Below are positions 61,283 through 64,000 of a DNA stretch of 64,000 nt, piece by piece. The notes below the pieces were generated by a model. It was given only the letters and a program-made list of their open reading frames with translations, searched no databases and was not told the origin of the DNA. This stretch comes from a virus. Position 1 is the first letter of the stretch; each line of letters starts with the position of its first letter. The stretch spans positions 1 through 64,000 of IMG/VR virus record IMGVR_UViG_3300042557_001775; one strand, given 5' to 3'. The translations under genes and the position numbers were made by a program.

Positions 61283-61948
61283 ATGACTCCTGATCAAGTT
61301 CGTAATCTTTACGACCAACAATATGCGGATTCGTACGATCAGACCTTCAGAGAAGGACCCATCGCAGCGTCGATGACCAAAAGCGAAAAGAAGATTCTCA
61401 AACTTTTACTCAGCAAAGGGGGCCCGTGGCTTGACGTCGGATGCGGCACCGGCTTCTCCCTCGCTCAATTTCCGCACATCGAGCGGACTGGGCTGGACTT
61501 GTCCCCGGCAATGTTAAAGAAGGCCCGCGCCGCGAATCAAACCGCCAACTTTATCGAAGGTAACTTTCTCGATCCCCGTCCAGAATGGAACGGACGTTTC
61601 CGCTTGGTGACCTGTATGTGGTACGCCTACGCGTTGCTGGACTCCGTCCGCGAAATCGAGTGCGCCATCGACAACATGGCTGACTGGACAACAGACACAG
61701 GCTTTCTCTTCGTTCCCGTGTGCGACCCGCGTGCGTTTGGGACATTTCCGGAGCGGCAACCGTGGTGGGGCGGGGCCGACGAAGTTCAAATTACTGCGGT
61801 GGTGTGGAACTACACGGACTCGCACCAGCATCTTAACTTGGTAAGCCCGACTTTGGAGGTCATGCGCGGGATGCTTCGCAACAGGTTCCACACCGTCACT
61901 GACATTTCTTACGAAATAACCGCGCTTCTTGCCGCCGACAAAAAATGA
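61283..61948 (+). CDS. Class I SAM-dependent methyltransferase
   Basis: LDVGCGTG and GLDLSPAML motifs. Confidence 0.88.
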   Translation: MTPDQVRNLYDQQYADSYDQTFREGPIAASMTKSEKKILKLLLSKGGPWLDVGCGTGFSLAQFPHIERTGLDLSPAMLKKARAANQTANFIEGNFLDPRPEWNGRFRLVTCMWYAYALLDSVREIECAIDNMADWTTDTGFLFVPVCDPRAFGTFPERQPWWGGADEVQITAVVWNYTDSHQHLNLVSPTLEVMRGMLRNRFHTVTDISYEITALLAADKK

Positions 61949-64000
61949 AGCTCTTCCCCTACCAAAAAGAAGCCGTAGAGCGGCACCTGAAGATCCTTGA
62001 CTCAGTCGGGGCCAGCTTGGACGGAACCGGCTGCGGAGGCGGGAAAACTGTTATCGCCAGCGCGGTGGCCGCCAAGTACGCGCTGAAAACCTGCGTGGTC
62101 TGCCCGAAAAGCGTCATCGCCAAGTGGGAGGCCACACTCGCGGCGTTCGGGGTCAAACCCCTCTTTGTTCTCAACCCCGAAAAGTTGCGGACCGGGAACA
62201 CGCCCTGGGTGAAGAAACTACCCAAAGGGAAAAAAGGGACGTTCGAGTGGCAGCTTCCCGAGCGGTGTCTTTTGATTTTCGACGAGGCGCACGTCTGCGG
62301 CTCGGCGACGTCCCAGAACGGAAAACTCCTTGAGTCCGCCGCTGACCATTGCGTTCTCATGCTCTCGGCGACCGCTGCCGAGTCCCCTCTCCGCATGAAA
62401 GCCATCGGAGTCCAGCTCCGGCTTTTTACCTCCGGCTACTACTGGAAATGGGTCCGCGAACAAGGAGCGGTCGAGTCTCGATGGGGCGGACTGGAGTGGG
62501 ATCCTAAGCGCGCTGAAAACAAAGAAAAAATGGAACGCCTTCACCATTCGATATTCGCGAACAGAGGATACCGAGTCCCGGAGGCCGTCCTACGCGAGCA
62601 ACTCCCAGAACTAATGGTTACCGACGAACAACTATGGCTTTCCACAACCGACAAAAATGAAGTCAAAAAACTCTACGACGAAATGGCCGACCCCGAAGAT
62701 CCAGGAGCGGTCAAAAACCTCCGACAGCGTCAAGCAATCGAGAAGATCAAAGTCCCCTACCTCGTGGAGAGGGCGAAAGAAATCGTGGACGCCGGAGGAT
62801 CAGCCGTCGTCTTTTTCAACTTCCACGAATCTATCGACGCCGCCCGCGTCCATTTCGACCAAGGCTGCGTCATCGACGGACGCGAAAGCGCGGAACAGCG
62901 GCTCGAAACGCGTCGCCGGTTCCAAGAAAACGAACTGCGGACGATCCTCGTCCAGATCGCGGCCGGCGGACAAAGCATCGATCTACACGACACAAGTGGT
63001 TCGTTCCCTCGCGTGGCTTTGCTGTGCCCCCAATTCAGCGGAGTTGTGGAAGAGCAGGCTATTGGACGGATCGCCCGAGTGGGGGCCCGGTCGAGGGCTC
63101 TCGTTATCCGACTGTTTGCCCCCGGAAGCGTAGAAGCGGCCGCCGCCAAACTCAGCGCCGAAAAACGCGAAAACTTAGAAATTTTGAATGAGGGCAAGAA
63201 AAGTTTGAACGAATCCGCCAGTCCCGAAGTCTCTTCTTCCATGTCCGGGTTATCAACCTCACAACCTGCGGCCGATGCGCCCGAAATTCTTCCCGCTCAC
63301 AGCGAGCATTCACCTTCATCCCTAAAACTCAAAGCTATATGCCCAGGATTCCGAAACGACCAAACCAGAGACAAATCAGCAGCCGACCGAGGGACCCTCG
63401 GCCACAAAGCGGTGGAGCTGGAAAACCTCGACGTGATTCCACCGGACGATTCACGTCTGCGCGAAGCAGCGGAAATGTGCCTGAAGTATCTCTCCCTGCT
63501 GCGGAAAAAGGCCGGCCCAAGCGCAAAGGAAATTCGCGAAGAAAGGTACTCGATGCTGGATCAGTTTGGTCATATCGACCATCTGTTCCTGAACGGGCCG
63601 CAAGCCCACTTAATCGACTACAAGTTTGCGTTCAGCGCCTACGAAGCGGACTCACCTCAATTTTGGGCCTATTGTCTCGGCGTTTGGGATAAACATCCCG
63701 AGGTCGAGGAAATCACCGCCCACGTAGTTTTACCATTTCAAGGGGTTATCGACGTCGAGTCTTGGTCGCGGAAGTCCGACTATGAGCGGCTCTCGGCGCA
63801 AACCGCCGCGATCATCGAATCCGCTCGCCGCGATAACCCCGAGACTTACCAGACCGGCAGCCATTGCGCGTGGTGCGGGCAACGGGCCAAATGCCCGAAG
63901 CTCAACAACCTCGCGCTGGCCGTTGCCGCCCAATACCAACCCGAAGCGCTGGAACTTCCGGCCAAGTTCGACCCCGCGCTGATCGACGATCCCCAGGTCA
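61945..64000 (+). CDS. SF2 (SNF2-like) helicase fused to a Cas4-like PD-(D/E)XK nuclease (DUF2800-like); truncated at the window end
   Basis: Single stop-free frame from the ATG at 61945. Helicase motifs LFPYQ, GCGGGKT, DEAH, SAT, QAIGRIAR; nuclease motifs SPSS....CPG, GTLGH, GHID, IDYK, HCAWC....CP. Missing from the ORF track because no stop occurs in the window. Confidence 0.88.
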   Translation, partial: MKLFPYQKEAVERHLKILDSVGASLDGTGCGGGKTVIASAVAAKYALKTCVVCPKSVIAKWEATLAAFGVKPLFVLNPEKLRTGNTPWVKKLPKGKKGTFEWQLPERCLLIFDEAHVCGSATSQNGKLLESAADHCVLMLSATAAESPLRMKAIGVQLRLFTSGYYWKWVREQGAVESRWGGLEWDPKRAENKEKMERLHHSIFANRGYRVPEAVLREQLPELMVTDEQLWLSTTDKNEVKKLYDEMADPEDPGAVKNLRQRQAIEKIKVPYLVERAKEIVDAGGSAVVFFNFHESIDAARVHFDQGCVIDGRESAEQRLETRRRFQENELRTILVQIAAGGQSIDLHDTSGSFPRVALLCPQFSGVVEEQAIGRIARVGARSRALVIRLFAPGSVEAAAAKLSAEKRENLEILNEGKKSLNESASPEVSSSMSGLSTSQPAADAPEILPAHSEHSPSSLKLKAICPGFRNDQTRDKSAADRGTLGHKAVELENLDVIPPDDSRLREAAEMCLKYLSLLRKKAGPSAKEIREERYSMLDQFGHIDHLFLNGPQAHLIDYKFAFSAYEADSPQFWAYCLGVWDKHPEVEEITAHVVLPFQGVIDVESWSRKSDYERLSAQTAAIIESARRDNPETYQTGSHCAWCGQRAKCPKLNNLALAVAAQYQPEALELPAKFDPALIDDPQV

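Larger units (their letters stand above)
1..64000. mobile_element. Temperate tailed phage genome segment (podovirus-like), probably excised or virion form
   Basis: TerL, portal, capsid, nozzle/adaptor, ejection proteins, endolysin, integrase and excisionase are present. No tape-measure or sheath gene and no host genes were recognised. The attP-like core is flanked by phage genes on both sides. Confidence 0.93.

Noticed and set aside
63290-64000. Cas4 as evidence of a CRISPR-Cas system
   Set aside because: Cas4-like nucleases are routine in phage replication modules, and there is no cas1, cas2 or array.
1-64000. Alternative genetic code (stop-codon reassignment)
   Set aside because: The standard code gives dense, tightly coupled ORFs that use TAA, TGA and TAG as stops.

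Overview
The whole window reads as about 64 kb of one temperate, podovirus-like tailed phage genome, with no host housekeeping genes. It is probably the excised or virion form, because an intact attP-like site (a tRNA 3' end) sits between phage genes. The integrase style suggests a Verrucomicrobiota-type host, which is inference only. Layout: (1) 1-1140: end of a truncated gene, an iteron-like G-rich origin candidate, a small ORF and an atypical tRNA-Met(CAT). (2) 1.7-15.1 kb (+): early/accessory operon with a minimal ATP-dependent ligase, a HExxH-VWA protein plus MoxR/CobS-like AAA+ pair, DUF6878/DUF6915-like genes and many small ORFs, separated by repeated palindromes and covarying hairpins. 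(3) 15.2-58.1 kb (-): late operon with TerL, phosphoesterase, portal, HNH, an LRR protein, lysis genes, scaffold, fibre genes, major capsid, nozzle, a repeat-expanded adaptor, ejection proteins and a 3878-aa polyvalent protein. (4) 58.1-64 kb (+): attP, tyrosine integrase, three RHH regulators, excisionase, resolvase, methyltransferase and a helicase::Cas4-like nuclease fusion. The most notable observations are an out-of-frame gene with its own -10 box nested in the giant virion gene just after a sigma-factor-like segment, a genome-wide ATAACC-N5-ACC motif, a 20-bp palindrome repeated 8 times with a hairpin family in the early region, and an adaptor made of about 9 concatenated domains. All family assignments come from reading motifs by eye; no searches were run.
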